Source: an uncultured Candidatus Saccharibacteria bacterium (GTDB lineage: Bacteria > Patescibacteriota > Minisyncoccia > Phycocordibacterales > UBA918). Taken from it: a stretch of 64,000 nucleotides of DNA. Under the pieces are notes generated by a model, which saw nothing but the letters and a program-made list of their open reading frames with translations, was not told where the DNA came from and ran no database searches. The position numbers and the translations under genes are program-made. The DNA is taken from contig CAYGKO010000001.1 in the NCBI GenBank assembly GCA_964350735.1, positions 115,339 to 179,338 of the forward strand, given 5' to 3'. Positions 49,780-59,790 of the stretch are shown in pieces (position 1 is the first letter of the stretch; every line of letters begins with the position of its first letter).

Positions 49780-51297
49780 CTAGAGCTTCACTCGATATTG
49801 GAGGGCTTCAAAGACATGAGCTGCTTCGATTGTTTCCTTGTCGTCGAGGTCGGCGATGGTGCGGGCGACTTTGATGAGGCGGTGGTAACTGCGGGGGGAG
49901 AGGTTTAGTTTTTGACTGGAGGTTTTGAGGAGTTCTTGCACTTCGGGGGTGAGGGTGATGGTGGCTTCGAGTTCTCGAGCCGAAAGTTGGGCGTTGGTAG
50001 TGCTTGTGTGTGCTTGCAGACGATGAGCTTGGTGCTCGCGAGCGGCGAGGATTTGGTCGCGTGCTTTCTTAGTTTCTCCTTCGGTCGTGGTGGTGTTGGT
50101 AAGGGTTTCATAGTCAACGTGAGGTACCTCAAGCCACAGATCAATCCGGTCAAGGATTGGTCCAGAGACTTTTTGTTTGTAAGTATCTGCCATAGCGGCC
50201 GCGTAGTCGGTGGTACCGTCTTCACTGCCGCGATACGGGTTCATGGCTGCAACCAAAATAAAGTCGGCGGGAAATAGCGCACTTCCCTGTACTCGAGAGA
50301 TAGCGATTACGCGATCTTCCAGTGGTTGGCGCAGGGCATCGATGGAGCGACGTTCAAATTCAGGAAACTCATCCATAAATAACACTCCTTGGTGTGCGAG
50401 TGTAATCTCTCCGGGCCTGGGGTGTGCTCCGCCACCGACTAAGCTGGTATGACTGGCTGTGTGATGAGGCGCCCGAAACGGTGGACAAGAGCTGATACTG
50501 CCGCCGAGTTCCCCAGCGTATGAATGTATGCCGAGCACCTCAAGGGCTTCCTCGTGTGAAAGTGGCGGTAATATTCCCTGGAAGGCCCGGGCCAGCATGG
50601 TCTTGCCGGTCCCGGGTGGTCCCACCATAATGACGTTATGACGCCCAGCAGCAGCGATGACAAGTCCACGCTTCGCACTCTCCTGTCCTTTGATATCCTC
50701 GAGACTGATATGTGTGTCGATCCAACTATCAGGAATGATGGTATCAGTTTGAGCAGTAATTAATGCATGACTTTCTCGCTTGGTATCAAGGTGGTCGATC
50801 ACCGTTAGGAGTGAACTAGCTGGAGTAATGGTGATGCCAGTTACGAGGGCGGCTTCTTCAGCATTTTCATTTGGGACTACTACTTCGTTGAGGCCTGCAG
50901 CGCGGGCGGCTTGTACCGCTGGGAGCACTCCACGCACCGGTCGCAAGGTGCCGTCGAGTGCCAACTCACCTAAAAACGCTACATTTTTATCAGTGATGGT
51001 GATTTCTTCCGCTGCTTCGAGGTAGGCGAGCGCGATTGGTAGATCAAATAGGGGTCCTTCTTTTTTGATGTCGGCTGGTGCCAGAGAAATAACTATTTTG
51101 TGGTTGGTACTTTTAGGGGACTTGAAGCCGGAGTTTTTGATGGCTGCGCTCACTCGGTCTTTGGCCTCTTCAACGGCTTTACCAGCGAGTCCAACGATCG
51201 AAAACGAATGCAGACCTCGCGAGAGGTCTGCTTCAATCGTCACGACAGTGCCGGTTAGTACGCCAGGTTGTGCTGTAAGTACTCGCGCGACAGCCAT
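49780..51297 (-). CDS. comM: ComM/YifB Mg-chelatase-like AAA ATPase
   Basis: DLPIA, GPPGTGKTM, PFRAPHH, PGEITLAH, LRQPLE, ARTIADL. Confidence 0.92.
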   Translation of the reverse strand: MAVARVLTAQPGVLTGTVVTIEADLSRGLHSFSIVGLAGKAVEEAKDRVSAAIKNSGFKSPKSTNHKIVISLAPADIKKEGPLFDLPIALAYLEAAEEITITDKNVAFLGELALDGTLRPVRGVLPAVQAARAAGLNEVVVPNENAEEAALVTGITITPASSLLTVIDHLDTKRESHALITAQTDTIIPDSWIDTHISLEDIKGQESAKRGLVIAAAGRHNVIMVGPPGTGKTMLARAFQGILPPLSHEEALEVLGIHSYAGELGGSISSCPPFRAPHHTASHTSLVGGGAHPRPGEITLAHQGVLFMDEFPEFERRSIDALRQPLEDRVIAISRVQGSALFPADFILVAAMNPYRGSEDGTTDYAAAMADTYKQKVSGPILDRIDLWLEVPHVDYETLTNTTTTEGETKKARDQILAAREHQAHRLQAHTSTTNAQLSARELEATITLTPEVQELLKTSSQKLNLSPRSYHRLIKVARTIADLDDKETIEAAHVFEALQYRVKL

Positions 51298-51305
51298 GAT
51301 TATAT

Positions 51306-51680
51306 TTATGCTGGGAGATCAGCTTCGTCGTTAATGTGTGCTTTACAGGTTCGTGCGGCAGGGTTGGCTGTCAGTCGATCTTCTTCAATGGCGTCGCCAG
51401 CAATTTCACAAATACCGTAGCTGCCATCGTCGAGCTTATTGAGCGCTCGCTTGATGTTGTTGAAGCGAGTTTCAAGTGCTGACAGGGTGGCTCGTTTTTC
51501 GGCCCAGTCTTCATTGCGGTCAGCGCCAACATTAGGATCAGCTTCGCTGGTGTCTACACCACTGGGAGTTGCTACCCAGTCACCAGTTTCTGGCTCGTGT
51601 ATACCAAGGGTGGCGAGTTCAGCGGTTATCTCAGCTTTCATTTCTTCTAAGCGAACTTTCATTGCGTTAGTATCAGTCAT
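51306..51680 (-). CDS. TraR/DksA family protein
   Basis: AL..LDDGSYGICE...I...RL.ANP.ARTC. Confidence 0.88.
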   Translation of the reverse strand: MTDTNAMKVRLEEMKAEITAELATLGIHEPETGDWVATPSGVDTSEADPNVGADRNEDWAEKRATLSALETRFNNIKRALNKLDDGSYGICEIAGDAIEEDRLTANPAARTCKAHINDEADLPA

Positions 51681-51725
51681 ATTTCTTTGGCTTATAGCTA
51701 TACATACAAGTGTAGCATGAGTAAT

Positions 51726-53525
51726 TTAGCGCAATCGATCAGATAGTGTGATGAACGACTCGCGGGAGGTGGTGATCAACACGGTATTTCGATCAAGAAG
51801 TGAATACATGATTCGCTCATTCTTATTTTCATCGACTAACAGGCGTACATCTTTATTGTTGATGAGTGTATCAACAAAGAATGCTGGCCGCACCTGACTA
51901 GCTCCACGACTGGTTGGGTCAAATGATTCTCGAACAACTGGGCCAAAGAATGGACTAAGATCAGTACTCATAGTGGTTTCCCACCCAATCATGCCACTCA
52001 AGGTGGCGTCAAAAGAGTTGGTTTTAAGAATGATAAAACTATCAGTGACCAATGATCCAAATGTAATTTCCTCGATCGAACGACTGAAAGTGCCTGATAC
52101 TCCCGCTTCCATCGCTGCCAGAATCACTGGTGCAGTCGCTGGAATGTCACCGTCTTCACCGGGCACAACTGGGTAGAGCTGAATTAAACTAGCGGTAGAT
52201 TCTTGGGCAGCAACGGTAAGGGCGTTTATGAATTCAGATGAAAGAACAATAGGGATTTGTTGCTCCACTGGGATTGGTGATGGGATGGTAACGATTGCAA
52301 CGGTATCTGGAGTTCTTTGTCCAAATAATACAAAAGCTACGATAATACCAAGGATAATTGCAGCAATACCAATGATTATAATCAGCAACGTATTGTTTGA
52401 CTGGAGCGGTGCCGGAGTTGGTGCGTATTGCCGAGTTGGTAGAGGGGTTTCTGGCTCCGGGATGTGAGTCACTGGTTCCGGTTTGCGTATAGGTTGTGGA
52501 GGGGGTACGCTCTCTGCCGGAGTTGGGGCCGGAGTTGGGGCCGGAGTTGGGGCCGGAGTTGGGGCCGGAGTTGGGGCCGGAACAACTTCTGGAGTTAATT
52601 CAGGTTCTTGATCAGGTATGGTAATAACGGGTATTTCTGTAGAGGCGGCTGTCTGATCTGTGCTTGTTTCAGCATCAATTGAATGGCTCCAACTTGGGGT
52701 TGCTAGGGCTTCGGGTTTTTTGATAGTAAATCCACTCGAAGGAGTAGAGCGTTCCACTTGACGTAATCGGTCGGCCACTGATGCATGATCATCTTTTGGA
52801 GCGAGGTTTCCATTTTGGGCAGCAGCAGCGATAGTTTCTTTTCGAGTGTCTGATTTCGTAATAGTGCGCACCGGTGCTTTTGGAGTACGCAGCGCCGCAG
52901 TTTTATCAGTAAACCATTCAGCTAACGCGATTCCAATTGAACGAATGATCCCCGGCCGACTATACTTTTGGTCAGTAATGATACTTCCTTCTCGAGTTCC
53001 GGTATTTGCTTGATGAATATCAAAAATATCATCTTTAGTTGTTAAGATTGAATCTTTGTCAGCATCAGAGTGTAGGTCAGATTTTAGTACGGCTGCCGAA
53101 AGTGAAGCTGCATTATTATGTAGCGTCGGAGTTGGTGCGGACTTAGTTTTTATTACAGTAGGTACTATGGGAGACTTTTTTATACCAAAGACTCCAACAG
53201 ATGAGGTTTTTTGGCTATCTCTTGTATCTGAATTGAGAGTGGTTTCGCCTGGAGCACTATCTTGCAAGAAATGGAATGGCGGATTTTCTACTGCTGCTTC
53301 GTGAGTTGATTTTTTGGGCTCTACTGGAGCTATTAAAGCTGGGGGTTTGTTCGGTAGAATTTTAACAGGCGCTTTGATGGCTATATTTTCAGGCAGTGTT
53401 TCCAAAGCTTTGGCCGGAGGGACTGACTGTTGTTGTTTCGGTTGCAGTTTTTCGTGGACACGTTCAAAATCATCCGCATAAGTACGGAGTTTTACAATGT
53501 CTGTCGGCAACTTTTTATCGTCCAT
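51726..53525 (-). CDS. Hypothetical single-pass membrane protein with long disordered Pro-rich region
   Basis: LRTYADD motif, PAPT repeats, one TM, C-terminal globular domain. Confidence 0.75.
   Translation of the reverse strand: MDDKKLPTDIVKLRTYADDFERVHEKLQPKQQQSVPPAKALETLPENIAIKAPVKILPNKPPALIAPVEPKKSTHEAAVENPPFHFLQDSAPGETTLNSDTRDSQKTSSVGVFGIKKSPIVPTVIKTKSAPTPTLHNNAASLSAAVLKSDLHSDADKDSILTTKDDIFDIHQANTGTREGSIITDQKYSRPGIIRSIGIALAEWFTDKTAALRTPKAPVRTITKSDTRKETIAAAAQNGNLAPKDDHASVADRLRQVERSTPSSGFTIKKPEALATPSWSHSIDAETSTDQTAASTEIPVITIPDQEPELTPEVVPAPTPAPTPAPTPAPTPAPTPAESVPPPQPIRKPEPVTHIPEPETPLPTRQYAPTPAPLQSNNTLLIIIIGIAAIILGIIVAFVLFGQRTPDTVAIVTIPSPIPVEQQIPIVLSSEFINALTVAAQESTASLIQLYPVVPGEDGDIPATAPVILAAMEAGVSGTFSRSIEEITFGSLVTDSFIILKTNSFDATLSGMIGWETTMSTDLSPFFGPVVRESFDPTSRGASQVRPAFFVDTLINNKDVRLLVDENKNERIMYSLLDRNTVLITTSRESFITLSDRLR
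52516..52581. repeat. 12-bp tandem repeat x5.5 encoding PAPT
   Basis: Perfect GCCGGAGTTGGG copies. Confidence 0.9.
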
Positions 53526-53622
53526 CTTGCTATTAGTATCGCATGTTTTTATTGTTTGCTTGAGTGATTCATACACAAAAGGCCCGACGGTTTGTGTCGG
53601 GCCTTTTGGACTATTTTTCTCG

Positions 53623-55752
53623 TTACTCTTTCATTTCGGGGGCTTTGAAACCATTTTTTTCGGCCCAGGTTTCATCAACTTGCTTGATCGATAGACCAAC
53701 TTTCCCGTCTTCTACTTTAGACACTACAATTGGTACCACATCGCCTTCTGTAAGGACTCCGTCCAGTGACTCAACTCTAAATGGTGCAATTTCTGATATA
53801 TGGATTAACCCTTCATGTTGTTCATCCAGTCGAGCAAAGGCGCCAAAGTTTGTCACTTTGGTAATAACCACGTCCATCTTTTCACCGACGGTATACGTCT
53901 TGGTAAGTAGAGTAATTTTATCTGCCGCTAATTGAGAACTGCCGCCTTTTCCAGTAATGAAGATAGTCCCATCTTCTTCGATTGAAATTTCTTCCACCCC
54001 GGTATCATCTTTGATGCCATTAATAGTCTTGCCGCCGCCTCCGATCACGAGCCCAATTTGATCAGGATCAATTTTCATACTAATGATTTGTGGAGCCCGG
54101 TCTGAGATTTTGGCCCGAGGTTCGGAAATTGTCGCTTCGATTGTTTTCAAAATATGTAGTCGAGCAGTTTTCGCTTTTTCCAGTGCTTCTCCCAAGATGT
54201 GTACTGGTACACCATCCACTTTTACATCCATTTGAATGGCGGTAATTCCGACGGCAGTACCAGCCACTTTGAAGTCCATATCACCATGCTCATCTTCTGG
54301 CCCTTGGATATCAGTGAGTAAGGTGTATTTGTCGCCCTGCATCATCAATCCCGAAGCAATCCCAGCGACCGGTCTTGTGATCGGCACACCACCATCCATA
54401 AGAGCTAAGGTTGAGCCGCAGACAGAGCCCATTGAGCTCGATCCATTGCTCGACATGGTTTCTGAGACTAACCGGATAGTGTAGGGGAAGGTGTCTTTGT
54501 CTGGGATTACCGGTGCGATCGCTTTTTCTGCGAGGGCACCGTGTCCGATCATGCGACGATTAAAGCCCCCCACCCGTCCGGTCTCCCCAACTGAGAATGG
54601 TGGGAAGTTGTAGTGGTGGATGAAGCGTTTTTTAGTCTCACGTTCTTCCATAGTGTCGAGTAATTGAGCCGCTTCTGGTCCACCGAGCGTAAGGGCGGTA
54701 AAGATGTGCGTGCCCCCTCGATAGAAAATCCCGGAGCCATGTAGTACGGGAGACACATCACCAGCTTGAGCGTAGAGCTCTCGGACTTCATCCATACCGC
54801 GGCCATCAGCCCGAGCATTATCTTCCAGCGCCCCGCGGTGTAATTCTTCGTCTACTTTATCTTCAAAGAAAGCTCCGGCGTGGGTGCCGTCTGCCTCTTC
54901 AAGGGTAGCGACCGCTGCCAGGAACTCGTCTTTGAGGGCATGGATATGATCCTTCCCGGCTCGACTGGAGAAGACGGTTTCGGTTAGTTTAGCGGCGAAT
55001 TGTTCAGTAAAAAGTGTCGCAACTTCAGTTGGTACGTGTGGTGTTTCATACATCATTTTTGTTTTACCGATCTCAGCTATGATAGCTTTTTGCCACGCTT
55101 CAAGCTTTTGGTGTACGGTAACTGAGGCTTCTAAGATTGCGACCACGTCATCTTCACTTACTTCATGAGCGGCGGTTTCTACCATATTAATATTGCCATC
55201 TTTTCCGCAGGCCAAGACCTCAAATGAAAGGTTTCCTTCTTCACGGTCTAGGTATGATGGGTTGACGATGATGGCCCCATTATCTTTCTTTTGGCCAATC
55301 CGCACGGCACCGACTGGTCCCGCCCAAGGAATGTCAGAGACGGCCAGAGCGAGACTAGCTCCGATGACACCCAGTACATCAGGGTCATCTTCTCCCATAG
55401 CGAGCACGGTTGCGACGACTTGGATATCTTTGCGCATCGTTTGGTCAAACAGGGGTCGAATCGTACGATCGACGATCCGGGCTGAGAGTACTGCCTCATC
55501 GCTTGGTCGACCTTCCCGGCGCTGGAAGCGACTGCCGAGAATCTGTCCAGCAGCGTAGAACTTTTCTTCAAATTCTACTGACAAAGGAAAGTACGGTAGA
55601 TTATTTGGCCGACTACTCATGACCGCCGTAATAAGTACGGCCGTCTCTCCCATACGGAGTAAGACGGAGCCGTTGGCTTGACCGGTGAGGTCAGTAAAGT
55701 CGGCGGTAATAGTTTTGCCGGCAATATCAATTGAATATGATTTTTTCTGCAT
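53623..55752 (-). CDS. pnp: Polynucleotide phosphorylase
   Basis: RREGRP, HHYNFPPFSVGE, SNGSSSM, GDMDFKVAG, KH and S1 domains. Confidence 0.97.
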   Translation of the reverse strand: MQKKSYSIDIAGKTITADFTDLTGQANGSVLLRMGETAVLITAVMSSRPNNLPYFPLSVEFEEKFYAAGQILGSRFQRREGRPSDEAVLSARIVDRTIRPLFDQTMRKDIQVVATVLAMGEDDPDVLGVIGASLALAVSDIPWAGPVGAVRIGQKKDNGAIIVNPSYLDREEGNLSFEVLACGKDGNINMVETAAHEVSEDDVVAILEASVTVHQKLEAWQKAIIAEIGKTKMMYETPHVPTEVATLFTEQFAAKLTETVFSSRAGKDHIHALKDEFLAAVATLEEADGTHAGAFFEDKVDEELHRGALEDNARADGRGMDEVRELYAQAGDVSPVLHGSGIFYRGGTHIFTALTLGGPEAAQLLDTMEERETKKRFIHHYNFPPFSVGETGRVGGFNRRMIGHGALAEKAIAPVIPDKDTFPYTIRLVSETMSSNGSSSMGSVCGSTLALMDGGVPITRPVAGIASGLMMQGDKYTLLTDIQGPEDEHGDMDFKVAGTAVGITAIQMDVKVDGVPVHILGEALEKAKTARLHILKTIEATISEPRAKISDRAPQIISMKIDPDQIGLVIGGGGKTINGIKDDTGVEEISIEEDGTIFITGKGGSSQLAADKITLLTKTYTVGEKMDVVITKVTNFGAFARLDEQHEGLIHISEIAPFRVESLDGVLTEGDVVPIVVSKVEDGKVGLSIKQVDETWAEKNGFKAPEMKE

Positions 55753-55769
55753 GTGATTCTGATTTAACC

Positions 55770-55834
55770 AGCCCGAGACATGGCAGATTGCAACACTCGT
55801 ATATACGAGTTGTAACCTGGGAATGTCTCGAGCT
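55770..55834 (-). promoter_or_regulatory. Long stem-loop in the pnp leader
   Basis: AGCCCGAGACAT/ATGTCTCGAGCT outer stem, ACTCGTAT/ATACGAGT inner stem. Confidence 0.6.
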
Positions 55835-55990
55835 AGATCTCTAATAACGTCTCACTTGAGGATACAGAACGGGCGGCCAAATCACAAGTGATGTAACTGC
55901 TGGTTCTCCACACACCTCACTATATTTGCATTTTTACTAAAATATGGTATAATATAAACAAGTAGTAACATACCTTAATGGAGGGGTGTA

Positions 55991-56242
55991 ATGGGTAAAC
56001 GTGAAAATCAATTCTTGCAGGCGCTAAAAGAAATGGCACCTGAAGAAATGGCCAGAGTTATCGAGGGTATTGTCGCTAACTTTATCCCGATTCTTTTTCT
56101 GGTAGGAGGCCTGGCCTACCTGGTCATTCAGTTTTGGGATTTCAGCATCTCAGCTTGGATGACTGACACAGTTCTTCAGGAGCTGAAAAGTCGCCAGGTT
56201 CCAGAGAGGGATTTGGGAAATATATTTGGTCAGACCGACTAA
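55991..56242 (+). CDS. Small hypothetical membrane protein
   Basis: GGAGG SD, TATAAT promoter, one TM. Confidence 0.65.
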   Translation: MGKRENQFLQALKEMAPEEMARVIEGIVANFIPILFLVGGLAYLVIQFWDFSISAWMTDTVLQELKSRQVPERDLGNIFGQTD

Positions 56243-56370
56243 GGTCTACCATCGTTCGCTAATGTGAGCGCTTTGACATCCGGTCTCAGCGCTCTTTTTT
56301 GCGTACTTATATATGAAATATAAAAGAAAACGGCGGGCCAAAAGGTCCGCCGCTCGTACCGTACGGATGT

Positions 56371-56589
56371 TTAACCGTACTTGCATTTAGACCGTTCTCG
56401 CAGGTGAGCGCGAGACGCTGCAAGAGCAGCGCGCTCTTCGTCTACGCTTATAAAGCGTCCTCCCCATAACCCTAAGTCTAGAATGTTCTTTAGACAATAG
56501 ATAATGCCTATAAGGCAGAGCGCGAAAAGCCCGATTTCAAGTAGGTTGATGAGGAAACTGATAAGCAGCGCCACATAGATTTTTTTCAT
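56371..56589 (-). CDS. Small hypothetical membrane protein
   Basis: GGAGGT SD before MKKIYV; hydrophobic. Confidence 0.55.
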   Translation of the reverse strand: MKKIYVALLISFLINLLEIGLFALCLIGIIYCLKNILDLGLWGGRFISVDEERAALAASRAHLRERSKCKYG

Positions 56590-56639
56590 TGATACCTCCA
56601 CTGTTTCTTCACTAATGTATCAAACTGTACCCCTACCGT

Positions 56640-57278
56640 CTACAAGTCATCTGTATCCGTCCCAACCACCTTACTAATCTGTTGCTTTAGTCTAGCTTTG
56701 GTAGAGGTTGTTTTTTGACTACTGTCAATTTTGTTCGTTCGCTTTCCAGGGCTCTTACGAGCTCCCCCACCGCGGTAGCCAATTAAGTATTCGTTAGGGT
56801 CTTCATCAAGATCAATAAAGTCATCAACCGCAGCGCGCAGCGCCGAAGAGGCGCTGCGGCCGAAGGTGATCGCTTCTACTTGGCAGCCCATACTTTGGAT
56901 ATACTCCACACCAGGAATGAAGTCGCCATCACCAGTGGCGAAGACAATCGCGTCGACTTTATGAGCTAGTTTGATTGCGTCGACGACCATTCCCACGTCC
57001 CAGTCGGCTTTTTTTGCTCCCCCGTAGAATATCTGCAGGTCTTTAGTTTTAATCTCGATGCCGACTTTCTCAAGAGCTTCAAAAAAGGCGCTTTCGTCAC
57101 CACCTTCGGTGTTTACTACGTATGACATCGCGCGGATAAGCTTGCGGTCTTGCACCGCTTTAGCTACCACGTTGGCGAAGTTTACTTTTGATTTGTATAA
57201 GTTTTTAGCTGAGTGATACAGGTTTTGCGTATCAATGATCACCGCCACGCGTTGATCAGGGTGTCGAATTACTGACAT
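56640..57278 (-). CDS. NYN domain (LabA/DUF88) protein
   Basis: IDTQNL, KADWDVGM..D, TGDGDF, DDFIDL. Confidence 0.9.
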   Translation of the reverse strand: MSVIRHPDQRVAVIIDTQNLYHSAKNLYKSKVNFANVVAKAVQDRKLIRAMSYVVNTEGGDESAFFEALEKVGIEIKTKDLQIFYGGAKKADWDVGMVVDAIKLAHKVDAIVFATGDGDFIPGVEYIQSMGCQVEAITFGRSASSALRAAVDDFIDLDEDPNEYLIGYRGGGARKSPGKRTNKIDSSQKTTSTKARLKQQISKVVGTDTDDL

Positions 57279-57402
57279 ATGAATTTAAATATAAAAATTA
57301 GTTTGTTTTATTAAAAAAGTACCTTCTAGGGTAAGCATACCGCAAAACAGTAGAAAAGGAACAGTTAAAACAAAACCCGCAAACGCGGGAGTTGCTTATA
57401 AC

Positions 57403-57669
57403 TTAGCGCTTAAGGCCGAGTTTCTTGATGAGGCCTTGGTAGGCTTTAGCATCCTTTCGCTCGAGATACTTCAAGTGCTTACGTCGGTCCGCCACCATTT
57501 GGAGGAGTCCGCGACGTGAGTGGAAGTCTTTCGCGTTCTTTTTGAGGTGTGTTGATAGTTCGTTGATCTTCTTAGTTAGAAGGGCAACTTGTGATTCTGG
57601 CGAACCAGTATCACTATCGTGACGCTGAACGTCTTTCACCGCATTAGTTTTTTGTCGTTTGCTTAACAT
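57403..57669 (-). CDS. rpsO: 30S ribosomal protein S15
   Basis: DTGSPESQVALLT, KDFHSRRGL. Confidence 0.97.
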   Translation of the reverse strand: MLSKRQKTNAVKDVQRHDSDTGSPESQVALLTKKINELSTHLKKNAKDFHSRRGLLQMVADRRKHLKYLERKDAKAYQGLIKKLGLKR

Positions 57670-57683
57670 TTTGTATTTGAAAT

Positions 57684-57745
57684 GTGCGCTTATAAGTCTA
57701 GATACAACGTCTGGTTTGAAACCAAACGCGGCACTTACAAGGCAC
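57684..57745 (-). promoter_or_regulatory. Structured rpsO leader (candidate S15 autoregulatory element)
   Basis: Outer GTGC-CTTGTAAGT/ACTTATAAG-GCAC stem, inner CGTTTGGTT/AACCAGACG stem. Confidence 0.5.
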
Positions 57746-57908
57746 GTTAACCCGCGAAGGTAGATAAACTATAGCACATCTATAAAATATTTCAAGTTAT
57801 GTCGCAGGATGAGGGCTTTGTCAAAAGAAAAGGCGACCCCAGCGAGCAAAGCTCGACTGACAGGGTCGCCAGATGATTATTGAGTCGGTGTCCTCAATGT
57901 TGTGCATT

Positions 57909-58256
57909 TTATACACCGACTTGGCTGGATGTGTCACCAGCTACACCATGTACTGGCCATTCAAAATCCCGGTCGGGACCTTGTGCCGGGTCGTAGCAAA
58001 GTACAGCGCACTCAACTACCGTCCGACGAGTGGTCTTAAGCCGAGCCAAGAGCCCCCAGTGCATCGGATACAGGTACTGCAGCAGTGCCTTCTCCTCAGG
58101 ACTTAAAGGAACAAACGTGACAGACCGCAGCAGCTCCCGCTTTGGTGTCCATTCTGGCACTGCCAGGTGCCAATCACCAACGGTGCCATTTACCTGTGGC
58201 CAGACAACTCGTCTGCCCCAATGGCACAGTGGTAAACCGTTCTTGTTGGTAAACAT
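57909..58256 (-). CDS. Hypothetical protein
   Basis: AAGGAGGT SD; downstream terminator near 57823-57870. Confidence 0.65.
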   Translation of the reverse strand: MFTNKNGLPLCHWGRRVVWPQVNGTVGDWHLAVPEWTPKRELLRSVTFVPLSPEEKALLQYLYPMHWGLLARLKTTRRTVVECAVLCYDPAQGPDRDFEWPVHGVAGDTSSQVGV

Positions 58257-58310
58257 CGTACACCTCCTTTCGTGGTGTTATTTGATAAAGTACTCTACGC
58301 TTCACTACTC

Positions 58311-58443
58311 AAAACAAAAGGACTCCCGCTTACGGGAGTCCTTTTGCATCGAGGTGTGTCGTCTGACACTAACTACTCACAAAACCCTCCCGCTTGAAGC
58401 GAGTTAGTACGATGAGTACCGGGTTGTTGTGACTAAATGTCAT
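58311..58443 (-). promoter_or_regulatory. uORF attenuator C (uORF 58443-58369)
   Basis: uORF MTFSHNNPVLIVLTRFKREGFVSS with GAGGA SD; terminator 58346-58311; AAGCGGGAG occurs in both the uORF and the terminator 3' arm. Confidence 0.7.
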
Positions 58444-58643
58444 TCCTCTGAGTATTACCCAGACTGCAAAATATGTAAAGTAAAAAGTGCAAAAATTGTC
58501 ATCAGTAAATAACATTTTATCTACGTCAATAGCGGCTTAGATACGATCGTATGTATGTTTTAGACTCATATTGTTAATAAAAACAAACGATTTTACTAGA
58601 TTTTTTTAGTTTGATAATGTTATACTATTCTTAGTAATTTGCC

Positions 58644-59399
58644 ATGAATACTCCCCTCCTAGAAAAACTCCAAGAATTTGGCCTGACCGACAAAGAAGCC
58701 CGGGTATATTTAGCGTCACTCGAGCTAGGCAGCACTACCGCTGACAAAATTTCCAAACAAGCAGACGTAAATCGTTCAACTACGTACGTGCAGATTGAAC
58801 AATTGATGGAGATGGGTTTGATGAGTACTCATGAAGAAGGTAAAAAGACGCTTTATACAGCAGAGTCACCTGATAATCTCAAACGTCTCTTTGAGAGAAA
58901 GCAAGAAGAGTTAAAGCAGAAGTCTAAAGCTTTGGAGAATTTTGTACCGGAATTGAGCCGTATATATGATAGTGCAGGTGAACGTCCAGTAGTTCGGTTC
59001 TTTCAAGGTAAATCAGGTGTTGCCACTATGAGAAATGAGATTTTAAAAGCAAAAGATAAAAGAGTCCTGGTAGCAACGTCTTTTGATGACCTTTGGAATA
59101 CATTCAGCGAAGAAGAGCTTATGAAATACAGTACCGCAAGAGCCAAGAAAAAGATTACCTCTTATGTTTTATATACAAAATCAGGAGAGGATGTCGCCCC
59201 TGTACCACCTTCAGAATTGCGGAGGGTATCGGAAAAAGAATTTCCGTTTGAGTGTGATGTGTATATATTTGATAATAAAGTGGCCATGGCGTCACTGAAA
59301 GAGCCTTTACATGCAGTTATTATTGAAAGTGCTCCACTGTCAAAAAGTATGCACTCAATTTTTAGATTAGCTTGGCGTAGTTCTGAGGTAAAAAAATAG
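58644..59399 (+). CDS. TrmB family transcriptional regulator 1
   Basis: FGLTDKEARVYLA.LELG, RSTTY wHTH; VRFFQG; PLD-like C-terminal domain. Confidence 0.9.
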   Translation: MNTPLLEKLQEFGLTDKEARVYLASLELGSTTADKISKQADVNRSTTYVQIEQLMEMGLMSTHEEGKKTLYTAESPDNLKRLFERKQEELKQKSKALENFVPELSRIYDSAGERPVVRFFQGKSGVATMRNEILKAKDKRVLVATSFDDLWNTFSEEELMKYSTARAKKKITSYVLYTKSGEDVAPVPPSELRRVSEKEFPFECDVYIFDNKVAMASLKEPLHAVIIESAPLSKSMHSIFRLAWRSSEVKK

Positions 59400-59785
59400 C
59401 GGACACCTGATCAGTGAAGAAAAGATATCCGCCCCCTATGATGTCAGGGTACCCTCAATTGGGTTGATGCGTCGGTGAGCAGCCGACTTCTTGGAGGTTT
59501 GTTAATCCTCCAGACAGCCCAGGTTGTCAGCCCGAGCTGCGCTCTGGGTCGATACAGGCGGGTGAACTCATTTGAGCTCAAAGATCCCCGTCTGCAGTGC
59601 GGGGGTCTTACTGACCCATGCTGCACGACCCTTTCGCCGCCAGGGTCATCATCGACCCCTTAAGCCATAATGATGTGATCATTTCACATCTCCTATTTGG
59701 CTACCCAGCGTGAACTGCACGTGGGTGCGCTTCCTCTTTACCAAGGTTGGTCTGATTTAAACTACGCATTTAAGTCAGGAGGCAC
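59392..59785 (-). ncRNA. Candidate ~390-nt multi-domain structured ncRNA
   Basis: Promoter TTGACA-N16-TACATT (59818-59791); about ten consecutive stems; 3' hairpin plus U-tract near 59392-59432. Confidence 0.55.
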
Positions 59786-59790
59786 TACCT

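Noticed and set aside
51306-51680. DksA-like protein with only two of four zinc Cys
   Set aside because: Two-Cys variants are a known class
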